DNA from: Candidatus Bipolaricaulota bacterium
GTDB lineage: Bacteria > Bipolaricaulota > Bipolaricaulia > RBG-16-55-9 > DRXL01
Direction: 5' to 3'
Assembly (NCBI GenBank): GCA_938091745.1
Contig: CALLJK010000014.1
Span: 16,331 to 80,330 of the forward strand
DNA length: 64,000 bases
A model generated the notes under the pieces. The model was not told the origin of the DNA. It ran no database searches and saw only the letters and a list, made by a program, of their open reading frames with translations. Each line of letters begins with the position of its first letter. Positions within the stretch are counted from its first letter, which is position 1. A program made the position numbers and the translations under genes. This document shows, one piece after another, positions 55,973 through 64,000 of this stretch.

Positions 55973-58458
55973 ACAGCTATGAGCGGCGCACGGAATCTCC
56001 GCAGGCGCAGCGCATTTGAGACAACGCTCACGCTCGAAAGCCCCATCGCCCCAGCAGCCAGGATCGGGTTGAGCAGCCCCAACGCTGCTACGGGGATGAG
56101 CACCGTGTTATAGATAAACGCCCAGAAGAGATTCTGCCAAATGTTTCTCACCGTCGCGCGGCTGAGGGCGATCGCCGTCACGACCCCGCGCAGATCCCCG
56201 CCGACTAAAGTAATGTCTGAAGCTTCCATCGCGACGTCGGTGCCCGTGCCAATAGCAATCCCGACATTAGCCTGCGCGAGAGCGGGCGCATCGTTGATCC
56301 CGTCGCCGACCATCGCCACGCGCTTCCCTTGGGCTTGCAGCTTTCTCACTATGTCGGCTTTTTCATGGGGCAAGATCTCAGCGAAGACCTGCTCGATCCC
56401 GACTTGCCGAGCGATCGCTTCGGCAGTCTTTTTGTTATCCCCCGTGATCATCACGACTTCTAACCCTAAAGCCTTCAGGGCAGCGACGGCTTCACGCGCA
56501 CCCTCTTTCACAGTATCAGCGATAGCAAGCACGCCAAGTGCTTTGCCGTCTTGGGCGACGAAGACCGGCGTCTTGCCCTGGGCGGAGAAACGCTCAGCGT
56601 GCTCGAGCAGCCCGTCGAGCGCGACTTTTTCGTCGCGCATCAGTTTTAAATTGCCTACGAGCACCCGATGGCCGTTGAGGCTCGCGCGGATACCGTGTCC
56701 GGGGACAGCAGCAAACTCGCGGGCTTCTGCGAGCGCGAGATTCTTCTCATGCGCATACTTCACGATCGCTTCGCCCAAAGGGTGCTCAGACCCTCTCTCG
56801 ACAGAGGCCGCCAGCTGCACGAGCTGCTCTTCAGAGACTCCTGATAGGGTCACTATGTCTGTGATTTCGGGGCGGCCCTTGGTCAGCGTGCCTGTCTTAT
56901 CTAAGACAATGGTCGTGAGCTTATGCGCCGTCTCGAGGGCATCCCCACCCCGAATTAAGATGCCGTGCTCGGCGCCCTTGCCCGTGCCGACCATGATGCT
57001 CGTGGGCGTCGCTAGCCCCAGCGCGCACGGGCACGCGACTATCAAGACCGCGACAAAGTTCAGAAGAGCTTTGGTCAGTGCTGGCTGCGGCCCAAAGAAG
57101 TACCAGCCCACAAACGTCACAATCGCGATGAGAATCACAGCGGGGACGAAGTAGCTCGCGATCACATCAACGAGCTTAGCAATGGGAGGCTTGGTGCTCT
57201 GAGCCTCTTCGACAAGCTTGATGATCTGTGCGAGAGCTGTTTCGCTCCCGACTTTTGTTGCTCGGAACGCGAACGAGCCGGTCTTGTTGATCGTTGCGCC
57301 GATGACTTCATCACCAGGACGCTTTTCGACGGGGAGCGACTCCCCTGTGATCATGGACTCATCGACTGCTGAAACGCCCTCGATGACGATGCCGTCCACG
57401 GGGATCTTCTCGCCAGGACGAACTACAACAATATCGCCGACTTGGACGTCTTCGATGGGGATGTCTCGCTCTTGTCCATCGCGGATGACGCGAGCGGTCT
57501 TGGCTTGTAAGCCGATGAGTTTCTTGATCGCTTCAGAGGTGCGCCCCTTGGCGCGGGCTTCGAGCAATCGTCCCAAGAGAATCAGCGTGATGATCGCGGC
57601 TGACGTGTCAAAATACAAGTCCATGTGCCCGTGCGTGCTGAAGAGCGGCAACAGCGCGCTGTACCCGTAAGCTGCCGTCGTGCCCACGGCAATAAGCGTG
57701 TTCATATCTGTCGTCTTGTTGCGCAGAGCGGCCCATGTGCCGCGATAGAACTGCCAGCCTGCCCAAAACTGCACCGGCGTCGCCAAGAGCAACTGTAAGA
57801 GATAATTGAGCTGATCGGGGATGGGCAGCTTCAGCCCCAGCATCCCTGGGTACATCAAGAGAAAGATCGCTATCGTGAGCGCCGCAGAGACGATGAGCTT
57901 GCGGCGCAGCTGTGCTTCGTAATCTTCGTGATGCTGTGCGTGCGCGTCGGGCTTCTCTTCGGGAACGTCATAGCCAATGCGGCGCACGGCCTCTTTCAGT
58001 TTCTCAACTGTGACTTGGTTTGCCGCGACGCGCACGGTCGCTTTTTCAGCGGCAAGATTGACGCTGGCGTCCAAAACACCGGGGACGCTCCTGAGGGCCT
58101 TTTCGACTTTGGCGACGCAGCTGGCACAGCTCATGCCTGAGATGGGGAGGGTGAGGAGACCTACCCCTCTGGCCCCCTCCCCTCCCTCTTTAGGGGAGGG
58201 GCTGGGGGAGAGGTTCTTACGCAAGCGTCGCTCGTCTTCTTGCGCGTCTTCGCTGAGTTCCTCGGCCTCGTAGCCAGCATCTGTGACAGCTTGCGTTAAG
58301 CTCGCTATTGAGACGCCCTCGCTGTGCTCAACTTCAGCACGGCCGCGCTCCAGCGAGACGTTTACTCTGTGAACGCCCGCGACGCCTTGCAAAGCTTGCG
58401 TCACAGACTTGACGCAGTGCTGGCAGCTCATCCCTTTGACTTTTAGGATCGTCTTCAT
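55969..58458 (-). CDS. copA: Copper-translocating P1B-type ATPase with two N-terminal HMA domains (carries an in-frame palindromic-repeat insertion between the HMA domains)
   Basis: Two GMSC(Q/A)(H/S)C HMA motifs, CPC ([11 protein letters not shown]), [13 protein letters not shown]. Start likely the internal ATG ([15 protein letters not shown]); the track ORF extends to 58506. Confidence 0.85.
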   Translation of the reverse strand: MKTILKVKGMSCQHCVKSVTQALQGVAGVHRVNVSLERGRAEVEHSEGVSIASLTQAVTDAGYEAEELSEDAQEDERRLRKNLSPSPSPKEGGEGARGVGLLTLPISGMSCASCVAKVEKALRSVPGVLDASVNLAAEKATVRVAANQVTVEKLKEAVRRIGYDVPEEKPDAHAQHHEDYEAQLRRKLIVSAALTIAIFLLMYPGMLGLKLPIPDQLNYLLQLLLATPVQFWAGWQFYRGTWAALRNKTTDMNTLIAVGTTAAYGYSALLPLFSTHGHMDLYFDTSAAIITLILLGRLLEARAKGRTSEAIKKLIGLQAKTARVIRDGQERDIPIEDVQVGDIVVVRPGEKIPVDGIVIEGVSAVDESMITGESLPVEKRPGDEVIGATINKTGSFAFRATKVGSETALAQIIKLVEEAQSTKPPIAKLVDVIASYFVPAVILIAIVTFVGWYFFGPQPALTKALLNFVAVLIVACPCALGLATPTSIMVGTGKGAEHGILIRGGDALETAHKLTTIVLDKTGTLTKGRPEITDIVTLSGVSEEQLVQLAASVERGSEHPLGEAIVKYAHEKNLALAEAREFAAVPGHGIRASLNGHRVLVGNLKLMRDEKVALDGLLEHAERFSAQGKTPVFVAQDGKALGVLAIADTVKEGAREAVAALKALGLEVVMITGDNKKTAEAIARQVGIEQVFAEILPHEKADIVRKLQAQGKRVAMVGDGINDAPALAQANVGIAIGTGTDVAMEASDITLVGGDLRGVVTAIALSRATVRNIWQNLFWAFIYNTVLIPVAALGLLNPILAAGAMGLSSVSVVSNALRLRRFRAPLIAV
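58147..58213. repeat. GC-rich nested palindromic repeat element copy E (variant subfamily), in-frame in the copA inter-HMA linker
   Basis: CCTCTGGCCCCCTCCCCTCCCT-CTTT-AGGGGAGGGGCTGGGGGAGAGG imperfect palindrome. Encodes [22 protein letters not shown] on the copA strand. Confidence 0.7.
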
Positions 58459-58541
58459 AGTGATTCTAATCCCCCCCACGAGGGGTGGGTTAAAGTATAG
58501 CGCCAACTCCCTCGGATGTCAAGCCCCCGCCATGTGTGCCC

Positions 58542-58814
58542 TCATGCTGCTTGAGCTTCTCGGAGCTTCTCTTTAACCCACAGCCGTAGCAGCGTAGTGT
58601 ACCCTAGCCCGCGTGCCCGAGCGATCTGCTTCACACACTTGAGGTCGGCCTCGCTGAGCTTAATAGAGACAGGCTTGCGCCGTTGCTTGCGCACAGTCAC
58701 TTCCACCTCTTCTGTCTCATCCCAGTAATCCGCTGAGCTGTGAGTCTTCCAAAACTCGTGGATCTGTTGGGCTGTCCACTGGCTCATGTCAGGAAGCCTT
58801 TTCCGCTTGCTCAT
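58542..58814 (-). CDS. brnA: BrnA-like antitoxin (CopG/DUF4415 family)
   Basis: C-terminal ...VSIKLSEADLKCVKQIARARGLGYTTLLRLWVKEKL matches the BrnA/DUF4415 ribbon-helix-helix tail. Lies 19 nt downstream of brnT. Confidence 0.6.
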   Translation of the reverse strand: MSKRKRLPDMSQWTAQQIHEFWKTHSSADYWDETEEVEVTVRKQRRKPVSIKLSEADLKCVKQIARARGLGYTTLLRLWVKEKLREAQAA

Positions 58815-58832
58815 AGGCGACCTCCTTAATTC

Positions 58833-59108
58833 TCAGTGCATCCGCGCGCGATACAACCGTCGCTCCTTCTTGTCCATATCCCGCGCTGTAACGATATAGC
58901 CCTTGCCACGTCCCAGATAAATCATCACGACGAAGATATAGCGCCCGGCAACACTTTGCCCATAGACGTGATACAAGTTCTCCCCAGGGCCTCGGCGAAA
59001 GTAGGGCTTATCTTCGAAAAAGAGTTCTTCAACCTCTGTCGGGGTGACATGATGCTCTGCAATATGCTCCCGATTCTCCCGCGTCCAAACCAACGATTCG
59101 ATATGCAC
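58833..59108 (-). CDS. brnT: BrnT-like toxin (DUF497 family ribonuclease)
   Basis: 91 aa. ...WTRENREHIAEHHVTPTEVEELFFED...YHVYGQSVAGRYIFVVMIYLGRGKGYIVTARDMDKKERRLY follows the DUF497/BrnT pattern. Confidence 0.6.
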   Translation of the reverse strand: MHIESLVWTRENREHIAEHHVTPTEVEELFFEDKPYFRRGPGENLYHVYGQSVAGRYIFVVMIYLGRGKGYIVTARDMDKKERRLYRARMH

Positions 59109-59187
59109 GCACTATATGGTAGTCTAAAAGAATACTCATGTCAAGCTCCTGGCTGGCACCTGCTTGTCTTCGCTCGTTTTATCGCGG

Positions 59188-59193
59188 TATAAT
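59188..59193 (+). promoter_or_regulatory. -10 box TATAAT (with TTGTCT -35 at 59164-59169) positioned for a leaderless MFS transcript
   Basis: TATAAT ends 9 nt before ATG 59203. No Shine-Dalgarno is possible in that space. Confidence 0.35.
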
Positions 59194-59202
59194 TTGCTCC
59201 CT

Positions 59203-60375
59203 ATGAAGCTCACAGCGCAGATCAGCCGCACCGTCTTTTTATTGGGAATCGTGAGTTTGCTGAACGATCTTGCGGCCGAGCTGATCATGGCCGTCCTGCC
59301 CGTCTTTTTAGTGGGTCTAGGGGGGGCTGGCTGGGTCGTAGGGCTGATCGGTGGGCTTGAAGATGCAACAAAAAGTCTCTTGAGCTTTGTCTTCGGGAAT
59401 CTTGCCGACCGACTGGGACGCAAGAAGCCTCTAGTCTTCGTAGGCTATTTCATCCCATCAGTCTTTCGTATCGCCCTGCCGTTTTCGACGCATTGGGCGA
59501 TGGCGTTGGTCTTCAGGGTCTTAGATCGTGTGGGCAAGGGGATGCGCACCGCGCCGCGCGACGCGCTCATCGCCGACGCTGTCACAGAAACGACGCGTGG
59601 CGCTAACTTTGGCTTTCACCGTGCGATGGACACTGCTGGAGCGCTGCTGGGGTCTGCACTGGCGTTCGTTCTCTTTTGGTGGCTGGGATTGCCCGTACCG
59701 GGGATCATTCTCGTAGGAGGCTTAATCTCATTAGTATCGCTCATTCCCCTTGGCTTCGTCACTGAAGCGATCAGCGCTCCACAGCGCAGAAAGCTCTTCG
59801 ATGGCCTGCGCCAACTGCCGAAAAAATTCTATCTGAATCTTGCGGGGATGGCCGTCTTTGCCCTGGCGAATTTTAGTTATATGTTCTTCTTGCTCAAAGT
59901 GAACGCAGCCTATACCGACAAGCTTGCCGTGGGTCTTCCCATCGCCATGTACGTGCTCTATAACTTCACGTATACGTTCTGCGCACTCCCTGTGGGGATG
60001 CTCTCAGACAAGATTGGGCGGCGTGCTGTCTTGCTCATGGGGTATCTGCTCTTTGGTGTGACGTCTCTAGGATTTGCCTTCGCAGGGAGCATAGAGTTCT
60101 TCATCCCACTCTTTGCGCTCTATGGGATCGCGTATGCGTTTATTGAGTCGAATCAACGAGCGTTTGTCGCCGATCTTGCGCCGCCAGAGCGCCGCGGCAC
60201 GGCGCTGGGGCTCTTTCATATGTGTGTCGGCTTTGGTTCGTTACTGGGGAGCTTCGTCGCAGGGGTATTGTGGGGTGGGCCTGGGTCTGCACATATGCTC
60301 ACGTTCTTCTACGGTGCGGCGCTTTCAGGGGTGAGCGTAGCACTCCTTGTGATGATAACAGCGCAACGGAAGTAA
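59203..60375 (+). CDS. MFS transporter
   Basis: 12-helix MFS architecture with a GRKKP-type loop. Start set at the ATG following the -10 box; the track ORF begins at 59164. Confidence 0.7.
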   Translation: MKLTAQISRTVFLLGIVSLLNDLAAELIMAVLPVFLVGLGGAGWVVGLIGGLEDATKSLLSFVFGNLADRLGRKKPLVFVGYFIPSVFRIALPFSTHWAMALVFRVLDRVGKGMRTAPRDALIADAVTETTRGANFGFHRAMDTAGALLGSALAFVLFWWLGLPVPGIILVGGLISLVSLIPLGFVTEAISAPQRRKLFDGLRQLPKKFYLNLAGMAVFALANFSYMFFLLKVNAAYTDKLAVGLPIAMYVLYNFTYTFCALPVGMLSDKIGRRAVLLMGYLLFGVTSLGFAFAGSIEFFIPLFALYGIAYAFIESNQRAFVADLAPPERRGTALGLFHMCVGFGSLLGSFVAGVLWGGPGSAHMLTFFYGAALSGVSVALLVMITAQRK

Positions 60376-60441
60376 GATCTGGCCCCACGAAGCATTTTCT
60401 GCTACAATTTGGCTCAATAAGAATTTGAGAGGAGGCTTTCT

Positions 60442-60546
60442 ATGGCAAAGATGAACCCGCGGTATCGCCCCAAATGGTTGCGGAAGTTCAAGCGCAAGAT
60501 GGCGGCGAAGCGCCGTCATGCCCGCCGCGCTAAGCTCTACCCATAG
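60442..60546 (+). CDS. Small highly basic peptide (34 aa), unannotated in ORF track
   Basis: ATG at 60442 preceded by a strong RBS GAGAGGAGG. Translation MAKMNPRYRPKWLRKFKRKMAAKRRHARRAKLYP*. Immediately upstream of osmC. Confidence 0.3.
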   Translation: MAKMNPRYRPKWLRKFKRKMAAKRRHARRAKLYP

Positions 60547-60555
60547 GGAGCGCTT

Positions 60556-60975
60556 ATGCCCAGCGCTACAGTGCGTTTTGTAGACGGGATGCAGTTTGTC
60601 GCGACGAGCGCGAGCGGCCACGCGGTCGTCATGGACACGACCGAGGACGTGGGCGGGCACGACACCGGCCCGCGCCCCATGGAGATGGTCCTTATTGCTC
60701 TTGGGGGCTGCACGGGGATGGACGTCGTCTCGATCTTGAGAAAGATGCAGGTGCCGTTCACGCGCTTTGAGATGGAGATTCACGGGGAGCGCGCCCCAGA
60801 ACATCCCAAATATTTCACGAAAATTCAGATCACCTATAAGATCTGGGGTGACGTCCCCCAAGAGAAACTCAAAAAAGCGATTGATCTCTCGCTCGAGAAA
60901 TACTGTTCGGTCTCGAACTCGCTCAAGCCCAAAGCTGAAATCTCTTACACGTATCAGATTAATCCCACTTCCTAG
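60556..60975 (+). CDS. osmC: OsmC/Ohr family peroxiredoxin-like protein
   Basis: GPRPMEMVLIALGGCTGMDVVSIL...EKYCSVSNSL carries both conserved Cys of the OsmC fold. Confidence 0.8.
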   Translation: MPSATVRFVDGMQFVATSASGHAVVMDTTEDVGGHDTGPRPMEMVLIALGGCTGMDVVSILRKMQVPFTRFEMEIHGERAPEHPKYFTKIQITYKIWGDVPQEKLKKAIDLSLEKYCSVSNSLKPKAEISYTYQINPTS

Positions 60976-60987
60976 AAAGGAGCTTCT

Positions 60988-62154
60988 ATGACTGACGTTG
61001 TCATTGTCGACGCGGTACGCACGCCTATGGGGCGATTTCAAGGACGGCTCGCACAATTTAGCGCAACGGAGTTAGGAGCAGCAGCGATCCGCGCTCTGAA
61101 AGAGCGTAACAATCTCAAGGGCGACGACGTGGACGAAGTCATCATGGGACAGGTTATACAAGCAGGCGCGGGGCAAGCTCCAGCACGCCAGGCGTCCATT
61201 CGCGGGGGCATCTCGCCCAAAGTCCCCGCAGTGACGATCAATAAAGTCTGCGGCTCAGGGCTGAAAGCTGTGATCTTGGCTGCCCAAGCGATCAAAGCTG
61301 GCGACGCCACGGCGATCATCGCCGGCGGGATGGAGTCGATGAGCAATACGCCCTATCTGCTCCGGGGTGCACGCGCAGGCTTTAAGTTCGGCGATCAAAA
61401 GCTCGTCGACGCGATGATCTACGATGGGCTCTGGTGCGCCTTCGAGAACCAGCACATGGGCTTAGCTGCTGAGTACACGGCGAACAAGTCGAAGATCACC
61501 CGCGAAGAGCAAGATCGCTTCGCCTATGAGAGCCATATGAAGGCCGTCGCTGCGATGAAGGCCGGGAAGTTCGCCCACGAGCTTATCGCTCTTCAAGCCA
61601 AGGACGGCCCGATCACCGAAGACGAGACGCCGCGCCCGGATACGTCGTTGGAGAAACTCGCAAAGCTCAAGCCCGCCTTCAAAGAGGGCGGCACGGTCAC
61701 GGCAGGAAACTCCCCAGGGCTCAATGATGGGGCTTCTGCTCTTCTCATTATGTCCAGCGACGAAGCCAAGAAGCGCGGCTACAAGCCGTTAGCAAAAATC
61801 TTAGATTACGCGATAGCCGCGACAGAGCCCATTGATCTCTTCTATGCTCCCGTCGAGTCGACCAAGAAACTCTTAGCCAAGATGAAGCTCTCTGTGAGCG
61901 ACTTCGATCTCATCGAAGTGAACGAAGCGTTTGCGGCGCAGACGCTCGCTGACGGCAAAGAGTTAGGGTGGGACTGGGCGCGCGTCAACGTGAACGGCGG
62001 GGCTATAGCGCTTGGGCACCCCATCGGGGCCAGCGGCGCTCGTATTCTGACAACGCTCGTGTGGGCCATGCAGGATCGCCACGCTGACTTGGGGTTAGCG
62101 ACGATCTGCATGGGCGGTGGCAACGGCATCTCGCTCGCTGTGCAGAGACTATAA
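60988..62154 (+). CDS. Acetyl-CoA C-acetyltransferase (thiolase II)
   Basis: Active-site Cys context VNKVCGSGLKA, and C-terminal catalytic His/Cys (NVNGGAIALGHPIGASGARIL...CMGGGNGIS). Confidence 0.9.
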   Translation: MTDVVIVDAVRTPMGRFQGRLAQFSATELGAAAIRALKERNNLKGDDVDEVIMGQVIQAGAGQAPARQASIRGGISPKVPAVTINKVCGSGLKAVILAAQAIKAGDATAIIAGGMESMSNTPYLLRGARAGFKFGDQKLVDAMIYDGLWCAFENQHMGLAAEYTANKSKITREEQDRFAYESHMKAVAAMKAGKFAHELIALQAKDGPITEDETPRPDTSLEKLAKLKPAFKEGGTVTAGNSPGLNDGASALLIMSSDEAKKRGYKPLAKILDYAIAATEPIDLFYAPVESTKKLLAKMKLSVSDFDLIEVNEAFAAQTLADGKELGWDWARVNVNGGAIALGHPIGASGARILTTLVWAMQDRHADLGLATICMGGGNGISLAVQRL

Positions 62155-62180
62155 TAAATAGCAGAGCAGGAAGGTACATT

Positions 62181-62831
62181 ATGAAAGACCTATGGATTTG
62201 GCTCCTTGTGGCGGCTGCAGCAGGGTTCTTAGCAGCTTATCTTATGCTACAGCCGCCAAAAAGCGAGAAGCCGGCGGTGCAGCCGCCAGCCCCAGTGGCT
62301 CCCAAGGCCCTTTTGGACGAGCCGGCCCAAGGCGCCGAAGACGCCCCAGTGACAATCATCGAGTTTGCTGATTTTCGCTGTGGCTTCTGTCTGAGACATT
62401 TTGTGCAGACACTGCCCATCCTTAAAGAAGAGTACATCGCAGCGGGTACAGTGCGGTATGTCTTCCGAAACTTTCCGATCTTGGGAGTGCAGTCGCGCTG
62501 GGCAGCTTTGGCTGCCGAGTGCGCCCATGAGCAAGGGCGCTTCTGGGAGTATCACGACAAGCTCTTTGCGCTGACTCAGCAGGGCCAAGAGTTTGTGCGA
62601 TCGCGCCTGAAATCTGTCGCTGCTGAGCTTGGGCTAGACTCAGCTCAATTCGACAGCTGTCTCGACTCTTCCAAATATCTCGACGAAGTCCAAGAAGATT
62701 TCACGCTTGGGCAGAACGAGGGCGTCACGGGAACCCCGGCATTTCTCATCAACGGTGAGTTGCTCATTGGAGCGCAGCCTATCGAGAGGTTTCGCGAGCT
62801 TGTCGAGCAAGCGTTAGCCAAGAAAAAGTAA
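62181..62831 (+). CDS. DsbA-family thiol:disulfide oxidoreductase, membrane-anchored
   Basis: N-terminal TM. Thioredoxin-fold CxxC active site IEFADFRCGFCLRH. Confidence 0.7.
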   Translation: MKDLWIWLLVAAAAGFLAAYLMLQPPKSEKPAVQPPAPVAPKALLDEPAQGAEDAPVTIIEFADFRCGFCLRHFVQTLPILKEEYIAAGTVRYVFRNFPILGVQSRWAALAAECAHEQGRFWEYHDKLFALTQQGQEFVRSRLKSVAAELGLDSAQFDSCLDSSKYLDEVQEDFTLGQNEGVTGTPAFLINGELLIGAQPIERFRELVEQALAKKK

Positions 62832-62915
62832 GTATAGCAGCAGCGCATAGTTTATATACCGAGCTTCCCCCCTTGTCAGAGAGAGGGAGCGCTGGAGGGG
62901 TTATAATATAGCGCC

Positions 62916-63851
62916 GTGCTTATGGGCAAGCAGGAGCTCTGGGAGGAAGTCTTGGAACACGGCTGGAGCCCTCAAAGAATCCAGGCCTTTGTGCGCTGTT
63001 ACGGGTCATTGGTTCGGGCCTGTATCTTATATCACTTGCGGTGCTACGGCAACCTTGGGGCCTTAGAAGCGCAGCTACGGGCGTTAGAAGAGTCACCAGC
63101 ACGCCAACCAGATCGACGAGGTACCCCAGGCGAGTGGCTCGATCTAGCGCAAGATATCTGGCAGGGTGTCTGGCTTGAGATCCTCTCTGAGGGCTCTCCT
63201 TATCTCAAACGCTATCAATCTTATGTCGAGCGTCAGCAGCGAGAGGGCAAGCCGGTGCGGCCCTTCCGCGATTACCTGAAGGGCTTAGTCCGATATGTTT
63301 TCCTAAAAAAAGCTGAAGATCGCCCAGGCCGTCGCTCGCTTCCGTGGGCCCAAGCCCCTCCAGGCATCGAAGACCCTGAATCGTGGCTAGAAGCGCAAGC
63401 CTCTCGCCCCCTTGAGCCTCTTTCACTCAGTGTTGAGCTTGATGCTTATTGGGATCAGCTCTTACGCTGCCTGAGACCTCAAGCAGAGTGCATCGAGCAA
63501 GACTTGATTCAGTTGAGTCGTGAGCCAGCGACGGTCTTGTGTTGGGCTTGTGCTGTGCTCAAGCAGCAGCTCGAGGGCCAAGCCCTCGAAAATCTGCTGG
63601 CGTTCATAACGTTCTTCTGCAGCCAGCGTGGGCGCCAGCGCTCCGGGCCGCCTCCGGAAGACCTTAATCCCAAAAATCTTACTTTAGAAGTCGTGGCAGG
63701 ACGATACTGGCGATGGGAAGAAGACATCTGTCGTCTGTTTGGCAAAAAGATCCGCAAAGATCGCGTGATAAGCCAGATCCAAGAGCTCCTCAAGGCCTCT
63801 CCCTATCGTGATCTGATCAGCGCAGAAGGTGAGAGAGATGGAAGCATTTGA
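62916..63851 (+). CDS. Hypothetical protein, possibly a divergent sigma-70-family factor
   Basis: Weak region-2-like (DLAQDIWQGVWLEIL...FRDYLKGLVRYVFL) and region-4-like HTH (WEEDICRLFGKKIRKDRVISQIQELLKA). Translationally coupled (14-nt overlap) to a downstream zf-HC2-like ORF. A -10 TATAAT at 62902-62907 suggests a leaderless start. Confidence 0.3.
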   Translation: MLMGKQELWEEVLEHGWSPQRIQAFVRCYGSLVRACILYHLRCYGNLGALEAQLRALEESPARQPDRRGTPGEWLDLAQDIWQGVWLEILSEGSPYLKRYQSYVERQQREGKPVRPFRDYLKGLVRYVFLKKAEDRPGRRSLPWAQAPPGIEDPESWLEAQASRPLEPLSLSVELDAYWDQLLRCLRPQAECIEQDLIQLSREPATVLCWACAVLKQQLEGQALENLLAFITFFCSQRGRQRSGPPPEDLNPKNLTLEVVAGRYWRWEEDICRLFGKKIRKDRVISQIQELLKASPYRDLISAEGERDGSI

Positions 63852-64000
63852 GCGTTTTTTGCAAAGAGCCCGACAACTGCAAGAGACGGACCCCTCGGAG
63901 CACCACGTTTCAGAGTCACTCCTCACAGCTTATGTGTACGAGCAATTGCTCGATGAGCAAGCCAGCCTCGTGGCTGCTCATTTAGTTCAGTGTGTGCGAT
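63838..64000 (+). CDS. Putative anti-sigma factor (zf-HC2 N-terminus), 3' end outside window
   Basis: ATG at 63838; MEAFERFLQRARQLQETDPSEHHVSESLLTAYVYEQLLDEQASLVAAHLVQCV carries the H-x3-C-x2-C-type start of zf-HC2 anti-sigma domains. Confidence 0.3.
   Translation, partial: MEAFERFLQRARQLQETDPSEHHVSESLLTAYVYEQLLDEQASLVAAHLVQCVR

Noticed and set aside
60442-60546. Small basic ORF, considered as ribosomal protein L34/L36/Thx
   Set aside because: The sequence does not match the conserved motifs of those families by eye. It is kept only as an unclassified small basic protein.

Overview
High-GC (~58%) bacterial chromosome segment. Most of it is housekeeping genes (mutS, pyrG, ligA, murD, ruvB, tilS, rseP, ispD/ispF, fabZ, thiolase) mixed with diderm cell-envelope biogenesis genes (lgt, lnt, ccdA, bamA, skp, lptC, lptB, and a large LptF/G-LptD fusion ORF). 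There are two heavy-metal P1B-ATPase clusters (CsoR-CopA; a DUF302/methyltransferase/CadA-like ATPase cluster), a MacB/Lol-like ABC pair, and an ECF sigma/anti-sigma module upstream of a 1391-aa secreted S8 protease carrying four tandem CARDB repeats, a DUF4384 domain and a PKD domain. Accessory content includes a BrnT/BrnA toxin-antitoxin pair, one IS5/IS427-like IS with a frameshifted two-ORF transposase, and a low-GC frameshifted WD40 gene beside it. Two things stand out. First, a family of GC-rich nested palindromic repeat elements occurs five times, three of them inserted in-frame into essential genes (lnt, tilS, copA) as Pro/Gly-rich linker peptides. Second, a single 1091-aa ORF joins an LptF/G inner-membrane permease, a signal-peptide-like hinge, an OstA bridge domain and an LptD-like C-terminal region. 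No rRNA, tRNA or CRISPR array was recognised. Several genes have -10 boxes placed for leaderless transcripts. All calls rest on reading the translated ORFs and motifs by eye; no database search was run.
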